From a virus (taxonomy: Duplodnaviria; Caudoviricetes), in IMG/VR virus record IMGVR_UViG_3300042258_000071, positions 1 to 64,000 of that record: a stretch of DNA of 64,000 nucleotides, one strand, 5' to 3'. The notes beneath the pieces are model-generated. The model ran no database searches. It was not told where the DNA came from and was given only the letters and a program-made list of their open reading frames with translations. Positions 30,386-40,190 of this stretch are shown one piece after another. Position 1 is the stretch's first letter; every line of letters begins with the position of its first letter. The translations under genes and the position numbers were made by a program.

Positions 30386-30682
30386 GTGATCACCAAATAG
30401 TCCACCCAGTAACCCAACTTGAGCATATAGATCGGGGTAGACTGGCTGCTCTAATATTCTCCCATCCACTTCAAAGTAGATTGGGTCCGCTGTAAGATCC
30501 TCATGCGTGAAAATGATATCTCCAATCTTAACACCTTCAGTGGATAAATTACTATTAATAGCATTTAAAACATTAGCACCTGTAACAGATTTAGAAACAC
30601 TAGAGTCTTCAATTTCAAAAATGTCAGCTTCAAGAATGGAAGTACTTTTAGGAGTCATTTCAGATATTTTAAGGTCCGCCAT
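29345..30682 (-). CDS. tail-collar/7-bladed beta-propeller receptor-binding protein 1
   Basis: IGDIIFT...YFEVDGRILEQPVYPDLYAQVG, then 7 repeats, then TEFKLPTW. Confidence 0.8.
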   Translation of the reverse strand: MADLKISEMTPKSTSILEADIFEIEDSSVSKSVTGANVLNAINSNLSTEGVKIGDIIFTHEDLTADPIYFEVDGRILEQPVYPDLYAQVGLLGGLFGDHTEVVSGTPALPGTVYECAFSPDGTLLATAHDGSGSAHLTILNTSDWSVVSGTPTLAFAGLSCTFSPDGSLLSIGHIDSPCLMILNTSDWSVVSGTPTLPDRVYGCAFSPDGALLALAYGTSPGFSILNTSDWSVVSGVPTTVSAARCCSFSPDGNYLAIGHAGSPYLTVLNTSDWSVVSGTPTLPGIGVSCSFSPDGTLLAVVSESSPYLTIINLSDWSIVSGTPTLPGNGFGCSFSSDGNYLAVGHLYSPYLTILNTSDWSVVSGTPILDVSGATVFQSAGQSCSFTQDGNYLAVGHGGSTCLTIISKSVEYSYNEATEFKLPTWNTASVHFGDYLKIKPWIRAV

Positions 30683-30727
30683 GAAAAAATCACCTTCTTA
30701 TGTTAAATCAATAAATCATAAAATAAG

Positions 30728-30759
30728 AGTTAAGGGGTGAGATTTCTCACCCCTTAACT
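30728..30759. terminator. terminator hairpin between tail sub-operons
   Basis: agttaaggggtgag-attt-ctcaccccttaact. Confidence 0.8.
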
Positions 30760-30776
30760 TATATGTTACACCCTCT

Positions 30777-33218
30777 TTATCCTATCCTAGTCCATCGTCC
30801 AGAAATCTTCTTATAAGCACCTGCAACAGTCATCCAGTTACCGTTATATTTAGCAAATATAGTGGGGTTGGATGCTGAAGAGTTGACTTCTGTTACACGA
30901 ACATCTTGATCTGTTGTAACACGCACATCCCCATCTTCAGTTACACGATACGTGTGAGCTGTCCAGGAACCATTTAATTTAACACTGATATTGGGTTTAA
31001 AGGGGATGACATCTGCTATAGGGATGAGGATACCTTCAGACTGTAAAGCTACCTCTAAGAAGGGGTTAAAGGTGTCTGTAATAAGAATATCGCTAACACC
31101 TTCAAACTCCATAGAGAGATGTGCGATATTTATCACTGTAGACTGTATAGTACCAGAGCCTTCAAGGTCAGCCCAGTTCTCAATGAGAAGAGCAGGACGT
31201 GCAAGAACACTTCCTTCTCCAAAAAGAATCGTGAACCCAAATGAAGAGATATTTGAAATAGCAGGTTCGACAATAAGATTACCTTGAAGAGACACGCGCC
31301 CATTAAGAATGGTAGCCGGATTAGGTTTACTTATATCTGAAGAAGCAGTAAGCGTTGCAAATGCTTCAATGTAAACATCGGCATAAGGAGGGTCTAGATA
31401 TGACGCACCCGATAAGGTAGCTCTTGCAAAAGTCGTTCGTTCCCCTACAAGTAGGGTACCTCCATTGCCTCGTAAAGTTGTGGCGTTATACATCTGTAAG
31501 GCACATTTGGCCTCAAGAGTGCTAGTACCATTCCCTATAAAGAATTCAGAATACCCATATCCCATGATAGGTAGAAGGGTCCCCACACCTTGTAATATTT
31601 CAACTTCTGGGGGGTTCATATGGACAGTGTAGTGGGGTAGTTTTGCAAAAGATCCTTCAGCTTCAAAAGATATATGTCCAAGCATATAGAAGACTGAAGA
31701 GTTTAGAAAGGACGATGTCGTAGTAAGTGTTGAGAATGCTTTTGTAGTCCGGTATGCTTCTGAGAGGAAGGTGCTTGTACTAGAAAGCGTACTTCGACCC
31801 CAAGTGGTTCGTTCACCTGCAAGAATAACAGACCCATCATTAACAAGTGTCGTTTTTGCAATGACATTTAAACTGGGGCTAGAGAAAAGAGTGGTGTCCC
31901 CTGCGAAGGTTATAGTATCAAAGTTAATACTTGTACCTATAGCAGTAAGAGTTCCTTCACACGAGAATGTGCCAGATGCGTATGTTAATCGGTCTGCTGC
32001 TGCAGACTGAGATCCTGATCCAGATAAAATGGAAGATGCTAGTGTAACCCTGTCCCCACTAGAGGTAAGGTCACTTGACGCTATAAATTCTGCAGATTCA
32101 TTAGCGTGCAAGGTTTCAAGATAGACTGCATCACTAACCCCTTCAAACACTCCTCTTTGGGGGATTAAAAGGGTACAGATAGCAGTTATAGAACTTTCTG
32201 ATGTGAGAGTAGCTGAAGGGAATTGTGTTCTCTCAGCGGCGGTTATAACCCCCCCGTCAGCACTAAGGTTTGCAGCGGCATACCCAATCCAATTTACATG
32301 AGCATACCACTGACTAGAACCTTGTAGCTGAACTTGTGTAGAGGTAGAGTTCATATTAGAAATCGCAGATAGGAAAGAAGTGCCTTCTAATGAGACAGAA
32401 CTTTCTTTAAAAATGTAACCATTAGAGACGAGAACTCCTGCACCTGCTAGAAATATCGCACCTCGTAAGTTTATAGTGCCAGCTAGAGTTAGAGAGGACG
32501 CCCCCTCTAAAGATGCCTGACCTTCTTTAGTGATAACACCTCCATTAAGAAGACTGCTTTCACCAAGAAGAGTTACTCCTGCAAAGGTTTCTCTATGGGA
32601 GATACCTGTAAGAGATCCAACCCCCTGTAATACAAGAGCTGGGTACTTAAAGACCTCTCCATCAGAAACAAGAGTGCTCTCTCCAGAAAGACTTACTCCT
32701 GAGAAAGTTGTTCTAGATGCCTCTACAGAGAAAGTAGAAACTCCATCTAGGACAGATATCGCACGGGTTGTACGAGTACCTTCTGTTAAAAGAGTGCTGC
32801 CACCTGTTAGATTGACATTAGCGGGTGTCACTCTGGAGGCATTTACAGATAGGGTCGTATCGCCTTCGAATGAAGCTGATCCGCCCTTAAAGATATGTCC
32901 ACTGATGGACAGTGTCGATTCACCAATGAAGATCCCTACAGAAGCTAAAATAAGATCAGAGGATGCATAAACAGAAGCAATACCCTCTAATGAAGATGAT
33001 GCTTCCTTAGTGATGTCACCACTGGCTAAAAGTGTTCCTTCACCAGAGAAAATAGAATACCCTGGGCGGACAACGCCGCCCAGAGCATTTATAGTGGCAA
33101 CACCGTCTAATACGCAACCCGCATCAATAACTGGAGTACTGGATTCTGTTACACGGACGGTCGCATCCGTTGTAACTCGCCGGTCTCCATTTTCTGTTAT
33201 ACGAGGCGTATAGGCCAT
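30777..33218 (-). CDS. beta-rich repetitive tail fibre/appendage protein (813 aa)
   Basis: Degenerate ~20-aa repeats (L.G.S.L); R(I/V)TE(N/D)GD.RVTTD..VRVTE motif at both termini; C-terminal K.NG.W / K.SG.W repeats. Confidence 0.65.
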   Translation of the reverse strand: MAYTPRITENGDRRVTTDATVRVTESSTPVIDAGCVLDGVATINALGGVVRPGYSIFSGEGTLLASGDITKEASSSLEGIASVYASSDLILASVGIFIGESTLSISGHIFKGGSASFEGDTTLSVNASRVTPANVNLTGGSTLLTEGTRTTRAISVLDGVSTFSVEASRTTFSGVSLSGESTLVSDGEVFKYPALVLQGVGSLTGISHRETFAGVTLLGESSLLNGGVITKEGQASLEGASSLTLAGTINLRGAIFLAGAGVLVSNGYIFKESSVSLEGTSFLSAISNMNSTSTQVQLQGSSQWYAHVNWIGYAAANLSADGGVITAAERTQFPSATLTSESSITAICTLLIPQRGVFEGVSDAVYLETLHANESAEFIASSDLTSSGDRVTLASSILSGSGSQSAAADRLTYASGTFSCEGTLTAIGTSINFDTITFAGDTTLFSSPSLNVIAKTTLVNDGSVILAGERTTWGRSTLSSTSTFLSEAYRTTKAFSTLTTTSSFLNSSVFYMLGHISFEAEGSFAKLPHYTVHMNPPEVEILQGVGTLLPIMGYGYSEFFIGNGTSTLEAKCALQMYNATTLRGNGGTLLVGERTTFARATLSGASYLDPPYADVYIEAFATLTASSDISKPNPATILNGRVSLQGNLIVEPAISNISSFGFTILFGEGSVLARPALLIENWADLEGSGTIQSTVINIAHLSMEFEGVSDILITDTFNPFLEVALQSEGILIPIADVIPFKPNISVKLNGSWTAHTYRVTEDGDVRVTTDQDVRVTEVNSSASNPTIFAKYNGNWMTVAGAYKKISGRWTRIG

Positions 33219-33223
33219 GGGAG

Positions 33224-33619
33224 TTACGCCAGGCTAATAGAGATGTTACCGATCGCAAACGTTAAAGTATCGCCGTCGTTCACAATACGTTCAACTTGGA
33301 GAGGACCGTGCCATAGCAGATTCCCTCCCGTTGCAGCAGTGTAAATGCCAATATGGGTCAGGGTTCCCCAGTTCCCACCGGCAGCTGTGAACGATACTGG
33401 GTTTTGATTCTCAGTGGTCCCGGCAGGCGATGTTGCAGCTGCAAAAGCCACAGACTCACGTGCGTATCCATTACCCACTGGCTCAGTAATTGTGGTTCCG
33501 GTATCTGAGGAGGCTGTCGAGGAGAGCCCAATGTACCACTGGGTTGGACGCGTCACAGTCTCCGCCGTCATCAGGTAGTCGAGTAGAAGCTTTTCACTAT
33601 AATCTGAAAGTGCACTCAT
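33224..33619 (-). CDS. small conserved phage tail-fibre-associated protein
   Basis: SDYSEKLLLD..WYIGL..GYAR..V.F..WGTLTHIGIYTAATGGNLLWHGPL..GDTLTF pattern, a widespread ~130-aa family. Confidence 0.7.
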   Translation of the reverse strand: MSALSDYSEKLLLDYLMTAETVTRPTQWYIGLSSTASSDTGTTITEPVGNGYARESVAFAAATSPAGTTENQNPVSFTAAGGNWGTLTHIGIYTAATGGNLLWHGPLQVERIVNDGDTLTFAIGNISISLA

Positions 33620-33647
33620 TATTAAAATCCTTTAATCAAAGTTTGCA

Positions 33648-34016
33648 TTAAACCCGGAACCAGATATCACCATCAGAACCCCCGGAAGGTCCTTGGTTAG
33701 AGACAGTAATTTTATTGTTAAGGGCGGTTGTTGCAGCAGTGGCTGCGTTAGATGCAGCTTGCTGGGCATCTAGAGCTGCTTGTTCTGCGGCCTCACGGTT
33801 GACTATAATATTTCCGGTCTCCGTAGACAAAGCAGTATCAAAGAGGTTTTTAATGTCTTTAATGGCTTTTGCAACAGAAGGAACATTTCCACTTTCAGTT
33901 GAGATTTCAGTGGCATCATCACTATGAATGATACTGTGAAAAATTGCTTCATCTGCCGCATATAAGTCTGCAGTCTCTCGGATATATTGATCAAGAATTT
34001 CATCATAACTTGGCAT
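33648..34016 (-). CDS. short tail-fibre-related protein
   Basis: TESGNVPSVAKAI motif, Ala-rich coiled coil and C-terminal PSGGSDGDIWF motif. Confidence 0.6.
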   Translation of the reverse strand: MPSYDEILDQYIRETADLYAADEAIFHSIIHSDDATEISTESGNVPSVAKAIKDIKNLFDTALSTETGNIIVNREAAEQAALDAQQAASNAATAATTALNNKITVSNQGPSGGSDGDIWFRV

Positions 34017-34031
34017 CTGAGGTATCCTTAC

Positions 34032-34346
34032 TTATAATCTGTGACGGGCAGAAGTGTAATGTAGAATTCTATGAAAATAAAACATAGCATCTATGAGATT
34101 TTCACGATATTCAAATTGTGAGAGATCTGTAAGAGAACCAATCTCACGAGAGAGTGTTCCATCTGATAAGATGCGATATCGGCGATAGTATCTTTTAAAA
34201 GTCTCAATATGATACTCATCATAAAACACAGATCTATCAAGATATTTTTTAAAAGGATTACCCCGATATTGTTCGAACTCCCTAGGGAGGGACGGGGCAT
34301 AATACCCCGTTACTCGATTGGCTCCATCAATGTCAATGATGAACAT
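34032..34346 (-). CDS. hypothetical protein (104 aa) in the structural operon
   Basis: Tightly packed in the minus-strand operon. Confidence 0.6.
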   Translation of the reverse strand: MFIIDIDGANRVTGYYAPSLPREFEQYRGNPFKKYLDRSVFYDEYHIETFKRYYRRYRILSDGTLSREIGSLTDLSQFEYRENLIDAMFYFHRILHYTSARHRL

Positions 34347-34351
34347 ACATG

Positions 34352-36226
34352 TTAAACTTCAGCTAGAACGTAATTTAGATCAAAATTCACAGACGGTGGC
34401 ATGTTGTTACCGTCAGAAGTTCCAACTTTAAGAACCCCATCATCCGTAATTTTAACTTTTAAATAAAGACCAACGTCAGAGACAGCTGCCTGTCCTGTTA
34501 CCCCATTAGAAATGGCTGCTACTGGAATGTCAACATAAAGAGGAACAGAATTTGCATCTGTTAGATACAAGCGAACTTTTGTAATATCTTCTACTCGAAA
34601 ATGGGACGGGAGACGCGTTGTAAGATCTTGACTAAAACTATAAGTCATAAGTGGATTACCAGCTTCAAATACAAGATAAGGAACGTGGGGTGTTGGGATC
34701 ATTTTTGTGAACCATTTTGAGTCACTGTTAAACTCATCCCATGTCTGATCTCCACTTGGGAGAGCGACATTACTATCATTGGGCGTTGTGACGACAACAT
34801 CGCTCCCCATAAGAAGTTTCCAACAAGACTCTCGTCCAGAGAGATCTTCTATCGCAACGACTTCTTCAAGACCGATTACGGGCATACCAATTTGAAGATA
34901 TGCTCCCGATAAATATGAGCCATCACCATCATTGTAGATCACTCGAAGTTGGGGAGCGACAGAATATTGTGCATCTGACTCCCCCATGAGATCATACCCC
35001 ATGTCTTGTTGTCGAACATCACATGCAACAACAAACGGGTCACGCTCTGCAGTGAGATCAACAGATGCCGTAATATCCATCATGATTTTAGAGTGAACAA
35101 GTTTTATACGAAACTTAACCCGATCAGATACAACAACAGAAGGATTAGCACCTTCTTCTGCCGTATAGAGTTTGAAAATATTCCACCAGTGGAGCTGGGT
35201 ATCTACAGTGGTGAACGTACGACGAACGGAAGTCCCATTCCCTGTAACATCACCATATTGAGCGTTATTAAGAAGAATGCGCATAGCGTCCTCGACTCCC
35301 GTTAAACGGTTAAAGACCCCCCTCATGAGAGGACTTGTTGTAAGAGTATATTCTGTTAGGAAACTTTTATTTCCAAGATACTGAAGAATGTTATTAACTT
35401 CATCTGAAAGTTCTTTTACATCAAGATGATTGATCGTCCCACCGTACGCATGATAGGACATTTCGATCTCACCAGTGTATTCTTTCAAAATAAGAATATA
35501 TCGATACACTCCTGAAGTTTCAGAAGTTGTCTCTGTTCGATCAAGATCGCATCCAAAAATAACATAATCTGTATTTTGAACAAATGGAACACCGGTCGCT
35601 TTATCTCTTAATGAAAAAGAGGATCTAAAAAAAGCTCCATATGCAGGCGCTAAAATAGAGAGATTATCAAAGGTATTTACAAGTTGAACTTCATTTTCAA
35701 TGACATTATTAGAATTTGTCATATGTTGGTCAACATCAAGGGTTCTGACCGTCACATCATTTGGGATGATAGCATTCCCAATATTCGATGCAAGTATATT
35801 TTTAAGATGTGCAACATCCCCAACCAATTCCTCCATCATGGCAGGAGAGAGCTGGATCTGACCTCCTGAGGTATTATATTTTACCTGTACAGGGTAGAGT
35901 TGTTGATAGGATATACGAACAGGGATATTAATAAGAATTTCTTTAGTGATACGGATGCTTTTAACGAGACGTTCGTTAAAACTTCCATCGACCCCTTTCA
36001 TGAGGGCCATAGATGTTTCATCGACATCTAAGTCTTGCTGAACCTCCCATCCTCCGACACCTGGATTAATAATGGAATTGGCATCTGCAAGAAGTGACAT
36101 GACAATAGATGACTCATAAACAGGTGTTCCAAATTCAATAATTTGACCTGTTCGAAAGAGTGTAAGTGTTACACTATTTTTATAGTCAGGATCTTGTCCT
36201 GACAAGTCTGGTGTATAGTAACCCAC
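34352..36226 (-). CDS. putative baseplate/virion structural protein
   Basis: 624 aa; N.IENE...AP.YGAFF..S..L...DY..G segment resembles phiKZ-like baseplate proteins; AGGAG SD with GTG start. Confidence 0.55.
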   Translation of the reverse strand: MGYYTPDLSGQDPDYKNSVTLTLFRTGQIIEFGTPVYESSIVMSLLADANSIINPGVGGWEVQQDLDVDETSMALMKGVDGSFNERLVKSIRITKEILINIPVRISYQQLYPVQVKYNTSGGQIQLSPAMMEELVGDVAHLKNILASNIGNAIIPNDVTVRTLDVDQHMTNSNNVIENEVQLVNTFDNLSILAPAYGAFFRSSFSLRDKATGVPFVQNTDYVIFGCDLDRTETTSETSGVYRYILILKEYTGEIEMSYHAYGGTINHLDVKELSDEVNNILQYLGNKSFLTEYTLTTSPLMRGVFNRLTGVEDAMRILLNNAQYGDVTGNGTSVRRTFTTVDTQLHWWNIFKLYTAEEGANPSVVVSDRVKFRIKLVHSKIMMDITASVDLTAERDPFVVACDVRQQDMGYDLMGESDAQYSVAPQLRVIYNDGDGSYLSGAYLQIGMPVIGLEEVVAIEDLSGRESCWKLLMGSDVVVTTPNDSNVALPSGDQTWDEFNSDSKWFTKMIPTPHVPYLVFEAGNPLMTYSFSQDLTTRLPSHFRVEDITKVRLYLTDANSVPLYVDIPVAAISNGVTGQAAVSDVGLYLKVKITDDGVLKVGTSDGNNMPPSVNFDLNYVLAEV

Positions 36227-36243
36227 AAAAGGTCTCCTACAAT

Positions 36244-36864
36244 TTAAGGCGTTTGCGATAGTGCAATAATTTTCTCTTCATATTTTTGAACCTTAGTTTG
36301 AAGAGACGTAATAAGAGTGTTTAAATCCTGAATCTTTTTAGACTGTAAATCCATGTTTTGAATATTAGCTTGTCGAGCTTGTTCGATGACATCCCACTCA
36401 GTCTGGGTCATCCATTTAACTTGAGGACTAAACAACTTACAGGTCTTATCAGTACCTGTTGATCCTGCTACAAAATCATTAAGCTCATTTACAATCCATG
36501 TAATTTTAGAAGGATCTTGAAAAACACCTAAACTCACACGAAGCGTCATGTCATAAGCTTTAATAATTTGAGGATCCGGTACCTCATCAATAAGTCGTGA
36601 AGGGACAAATATGACACGGTCAGGATCTTCGATGGAGGCTAGTTTTAAGACTTGGTCTTCTTTATAGTTCTTCCAGTCTGATGCAAAAGATTCATCAGGG
36701 TCGGAGTATGCCGTGTATGAATAGAGGTAATCAACAAAGTTAACACCATCATCAATGGCCGATTCAAAAGAGACCAGGTGCGTTAAGGTGTAGATCCCAT
36801 TAAGAACATTGAAAGGGGAAACAAATATAAATTTTGCAGTGGTACCAATGGATGGGACTATCAC
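36244..36864 (-). CDS. putative virion structural protein with a C-terminal coiled coil
   Basis: 206 aa; P.IGT..F....PF N-terminus and VSLGVF motif; operon context. Confidence 0.5.
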   Translation of the reverse strand: MIVPSIGTTAKFIFVSPFNVLNGIYTLTHLVSFESAIDDGVNFVDYLYSYTAYSDPDESFASDWKNYKEDQVLKLASIEDPDRVIFVPSRLIDEVPDPQIIKAYDMTLRVSLGVFQDPSKITWIVNELNDFVAGSTGTDKTCKLFSPQVKWMTQTEWDVIEQARQANIQNMDLQSKKIQDLNTLITSLQTKVQKYEEKIIALSQTP

Positions 36865-36867
36865 GTA

Positions 36868-38244
36868 TTATGCTCCAACTTGATTTAAGAAACTGTCCTT
36901 TGTCATAACGTAATATTCCGTCGTCCCAACAATAAACGGAATATAAATAGAACCGTTCTCAATACGCTGAGGATAAAGTTCATTACTTACAGCGCCCGAT
37001 GCAACAGCAGCTGCCTCATTCAATCTTTGAGAGAAGAGTTTTGTATGTTGTTCCATGTTCGCATAACCAGGTTCCGATGAGGAATAGCTCTGATATGTTG
37101 GATGAATAGATTGTACAGAAGTATATGTTAAATTGACTTCATTTGGAACAGCTGTTAAGGTTAGCTGATCATAAGCCGCCCCCATAACTTCGATATTTTC
37201 TTCAATATAAGTCGGTGAATAAAAGGGGAGTGCAAGACGTGTGTTTTGGATCATCTTCCCGATCGGGCCCACATTAGGATAAGTGATCCCATCAGGTCTG
37301 ACTGCGGTAATGTTCCACTGAGGAATGAGGTAGAACTGATCCACAATGAACAATTCTGGAGCACGATCTCTCCAGTTCTGCTCCGTTCCAACTCCAGAAC
37401 CTAAGACTTCTTCACGAATGATGTTTCGAATATCAAGAATGCTTGGAACACGACCTTTATGAAGAATACCAAAAGGGAAATTTCTGATGTTATTTAGAGT
37501 GTCATGCATCTTAACATCATGAAGATAAAGGCCTGTTAAATTATCAATACTTAACTTAGGTGTGATAATGTCTCTAATACGTTCAGCGGCTTCCTTTGAA
37601 GGGTCAAACACATTATACCCGCCACCTGTCAGGGGGTTATTAAGAATGACCGGGTAAGAAAGAAGGGGTACCATCTCAACGATAGTGGAGAGAGGATATT
37701 CTTCCTTAAACTCAGCATCCCCGACCCAAATCTTAAAATCATACTCAACTGTATCAACACCATTGTTAGACGCAATTGTAAATCCAGCCCAAGTAGGAAC
37801 TTCAACAAGCGTCCCACCTGCACTGTATACAACAGCTTCTTTTCGCGTTGAAGACAGCGTTAGAGAACCTGCTTTAAAAATAGAATATGTATTTTGAAGG
37901 GTCGTATCAAGATTACTTACAGACTCAGAAGGTTCTGATAAGATAAAAACGCGATCAAGGATATTGAAGAAAGCATCTCTATCTGCAGAAGGAATGGTTT
38001 CAAAATCTCCTAAAAATGTAGGATATTCGTTACCATCAACCAGGAGATATGGTGCGGTATTAGAAATGTATCCATCGAACCATGTACGCGATGTCCGTCC
38101 GTCTTGAAGAGACTTTGTGTTGTTAAAATAAGAGGAAGATCCAACAGAAGGGATGAACATCCCCTCCGACACATACTGATCAACAACTGTCTCAGAAGGA
38201 AGAAAGGCGCGATCTTTATAAAAACCGTAAATAACGTCGGCCAT
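36868..38244 (-). CDS. putative virion structural (baseplate) protein
   Basis: 458 aa; F..EYP, W....PELF....F..IP.W motifs reminiscent of phiKZ-like structural proteins; a minus-strand TATG lies upstream near 38280. Confidence 0.55.
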   Translation of the reverse strand: MADVIYGFYKDRAFLPSETVVDQYVSEGMFIPSVGSSSYFNNTKSLQDGRTSRTWFDGYISNTAPYLLVDGNEYPTFLGDFETIPSADRDAFFNILDRVFILSEPSESVSNLDTTLQNTYSIFKAGSLTLSSTRKEAVVYSAGGTLVEVPTWAGFTIASNNGVDTVEYDFKIWVGDAEFKEEYPLSTIVEMVPLLSYPVILNNPLTGGGYNVFDPSKEAAERIRDIITPKLSIDNLTGLYLHDVKMHDTLNNIRNFPFGILHKGRVPSILDIRNIIREEVLGSGVGTEQNWRDRAPELFIVDQFYLIPQWNITAVRPDGITYPNVGPIGKMIQNTRLALPFYSPTYIEENIEVMGAAYDQLTLTAVPNEVNLTYTSVQSIHPTYQSYSSSEPGYANMEQHTKLFSQRLNEAAAVASGAVSNELYPQRIENGSIYIPFIVGTTEYYVMTKDSFLNQVGA

Positions 38245-38322
38245 TCGTGGCTCCTTTTGGGTTATAATTAAATAAAAATCATACTATCTCGGGGGTATCA
38301 GGGTTCAACACCCATTGACATA

Positions 38323-38330
38323 TATATTTC
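38323..38330 (+). promoter_or_regulatory. early promoter variant (TATATTTC)
   Basis: tatatatttctattttga, one mismatch to the 18-nt consensus. Confidence 0.6.
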
Positions 38331-38368
38331 TATTTTGATAACTATAACCTTAATCTCAGGGGATTTAA

Positions 38369-39067
38369 ATGTTTGGCGATTATCTTTTTATTACCATGTC
38401 TGGTGCACTGTTTGTTGCAATTATAGCAGCTAGTACTGCATGGTGCTCTTGTGGGATTAAATGTCTTCAGAAATATACACACTTAACCTCCAAAGACACC
38501 TTCATCATTTGGTTTGGGAGTAAACTTCTTGCAGTCATATTTACAGTGATTGGGGTTGTGATGTATAATCACATACCTGAACATATGCAAGGATCTTTTG
38601 TCTCTGAAGGTATTTCAGTGGTATCAGTCTTAATCTTAACCTGTCCTTATTATACTACACTGATACGAAGTGCATTTCATATAAGTATTTCATCTGACGA
38701 GCGTGCGGTCTTAGGAACTACACTTAAACAATACACTTTTCAAAAAGGAGATCGCGTATTTATGATTGCACGTCATATTCTAGGTATAACGATCATGCAA
38801 CTTTTTGTGGTCTTACTTCCAGCCTCCTCTTTACAGTACTTACCTTATATATACGGGAGTATAATCTTTAGTATATTCATCTCATATGTAGGGTATGCCT
38901 TCTTTCTAATCAATTATAAAGAGTGGCTCTCTGAGAGTGTCCTCACTTCTAAAAATATTTTCAAACATAAACAACTCGAAGGTTATCGCCGATTCTTCAC
39001 ATTGACATATACAGTGTCCCTTTTAAATGTATATTTCTTTATGGTGGCGAACCTTATAAACTTCTAA
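38369..39067 (+). CDS. multi-pass membrane protein (~6 TM)
   Basis: Several 18-22 aa hydrophobic stretches. Confidence 0.75.
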   Translation: MFGDYLFITMSGALFVAIIAASTAWCSCGIKCLQKYTHLTSKDTFIIWFGSKLLAVIFTVIGVVMYNHIPEHMQGSFVSEGISVVSVLILTCPYYTTLIRSAFHISISSDERAVLGTTLKQYTFQKGDRVFMIARHILGITIMQLFVVLLPASSLQYLPYIYGSIIFSIFISYVGYAFFLINYKEWLSESVLTSKNIFKHKQLEGYRRFFTLTYTVSLLNVYFFMVANLINF

Positions 39068-39167
39068 ATGTAAAAGGTATGTGTTAAAATAGTATGATCA
39101 GGGTGGGATAGAATCTCACTCTTATCATACCTTATGTGTCATACGGTCCAATAAGTATAGGTGCGCT

Positions 39168-39539
39168 ATGAAAGTGTATACAACACCCAATAACAATAGA
39201 ACACATATTCCTAAAAAATATACTATCTTAGATGTCACCCTTGAAACTGGTGACCCTTCTTTTATACCTTCTCAAGACATTCGCGATCGATATAAAAGTG
39301 GGGCTATTGATCAGATGAAATATGTCGATCTTTATTACTCTGAAATGCGGACAAGTTTTGACACGTGTAAAAACAACTGGAAGAGTATTCTTGGGGAAAA
39401 AGATGTTGTGATCATTTACCCTGACCACCCTTCTGATGCAGTGCACCTCGATGCACTGATACAGATCATCAGTAAAATCTGCACGTATCTTGGTGTACAT
39501 TTTGAAGATGAGGGAGAACTTCAGAGTGTCACATCTTAA
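39168..39539 (+). CDS. DUF488-like phage protein
   Basis: LDVT..TGD.SF.P....YKSG.I....Y...Y..EMR.S.....W pattern. Confidence 0.5.
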   Translation: MKVYTTPNNNRTHIPKKYTILDVTLETGDPSFIPSQDIRDRYKSGAIDQMKYVDLYYSEMRTSFDTCKNNWKSILGEKDVVIIYPDHPSDAVHLDALIQIISKICTYLGVHFEDEGELQSVTS

Positions 39540-39679
39540 CATTAACCCTAACACCACCCCATAAGGGAGAGTCGCTCCATGCGACTCTCCCTTATTATAG
39601 TCTGTATATTTTTTATTTTACCATCGTATAGTTGTTATTTTATTTATTTTTTAAGTAAAAGATAGAGGATATTAAAATC

Positions 39680-40165
39680 ATGTTAGTGTATTTTACAAAG
39701 CCTATTTGGGATCAACTTCACGCCCTGTTTCGAAGTGATAAAAATATAACACTTTCAATTATGGAAGAGAAAGATTTCCGACATGGGTATGATACGATTT
39801 TATATGGACACACTGAATTTGTAGAATTTATAAAAAAAGCATCTATTTACAAATCTAAAGAGTCGCATGAAGGTCTTAGAACATTCTGGGCACATTATCA
39901 TTCGAGTGATATTGAATTCAGGTTTGTATGTCATGAGGATATTTTAAGAGACATCGTTAAAGAAGCTTCTAATAGAAATGGCTCCCTGACATCCTTGTAC
40001 TTCGATTTTGCACACGATCAAATCTTGAAATACATTGAGCGGTATAAAAAAGAGCTTCTAAGACAGATCCTCATACATGCCGAAGTTTACGTAACACCAA
40101 CTTTAATACTAACAGTGGACAACACCATGGAAGTTACCTTCCCTCCGATAATACTGGTCTCGTAA
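39680..40165 (+). CDS. hypothetical protein (161 aa)
   Basis: GAGG SD; ORF. Confidence 0.65.
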   Translation: MLVYFTKPIWDQLHALFRSDKNITLSIMEEKDFRHGYDTILYGHTEFVEFIKKASIYKSKESHEGLRTFWAHYHSSDIEFRFVCHEDILRDIVKEASNRNGSLTSLYFDFAHDQILKYIERYKKELLRQILIHAEVYVTPTLILTVDNTMEVTFPPIILVS

Positions 40166-40190
40166 ACCCACATAACAAAAGGACACGAGC

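Noticed and set aside
28193-33213. Plus-strand ORFs antisense to the tail genes (e.g. 28193-28543, 30096-30389, 32530-32970)
   Set aside because: Shadow ORFs produced by the codon periodicity of repetitive minus-strand genes
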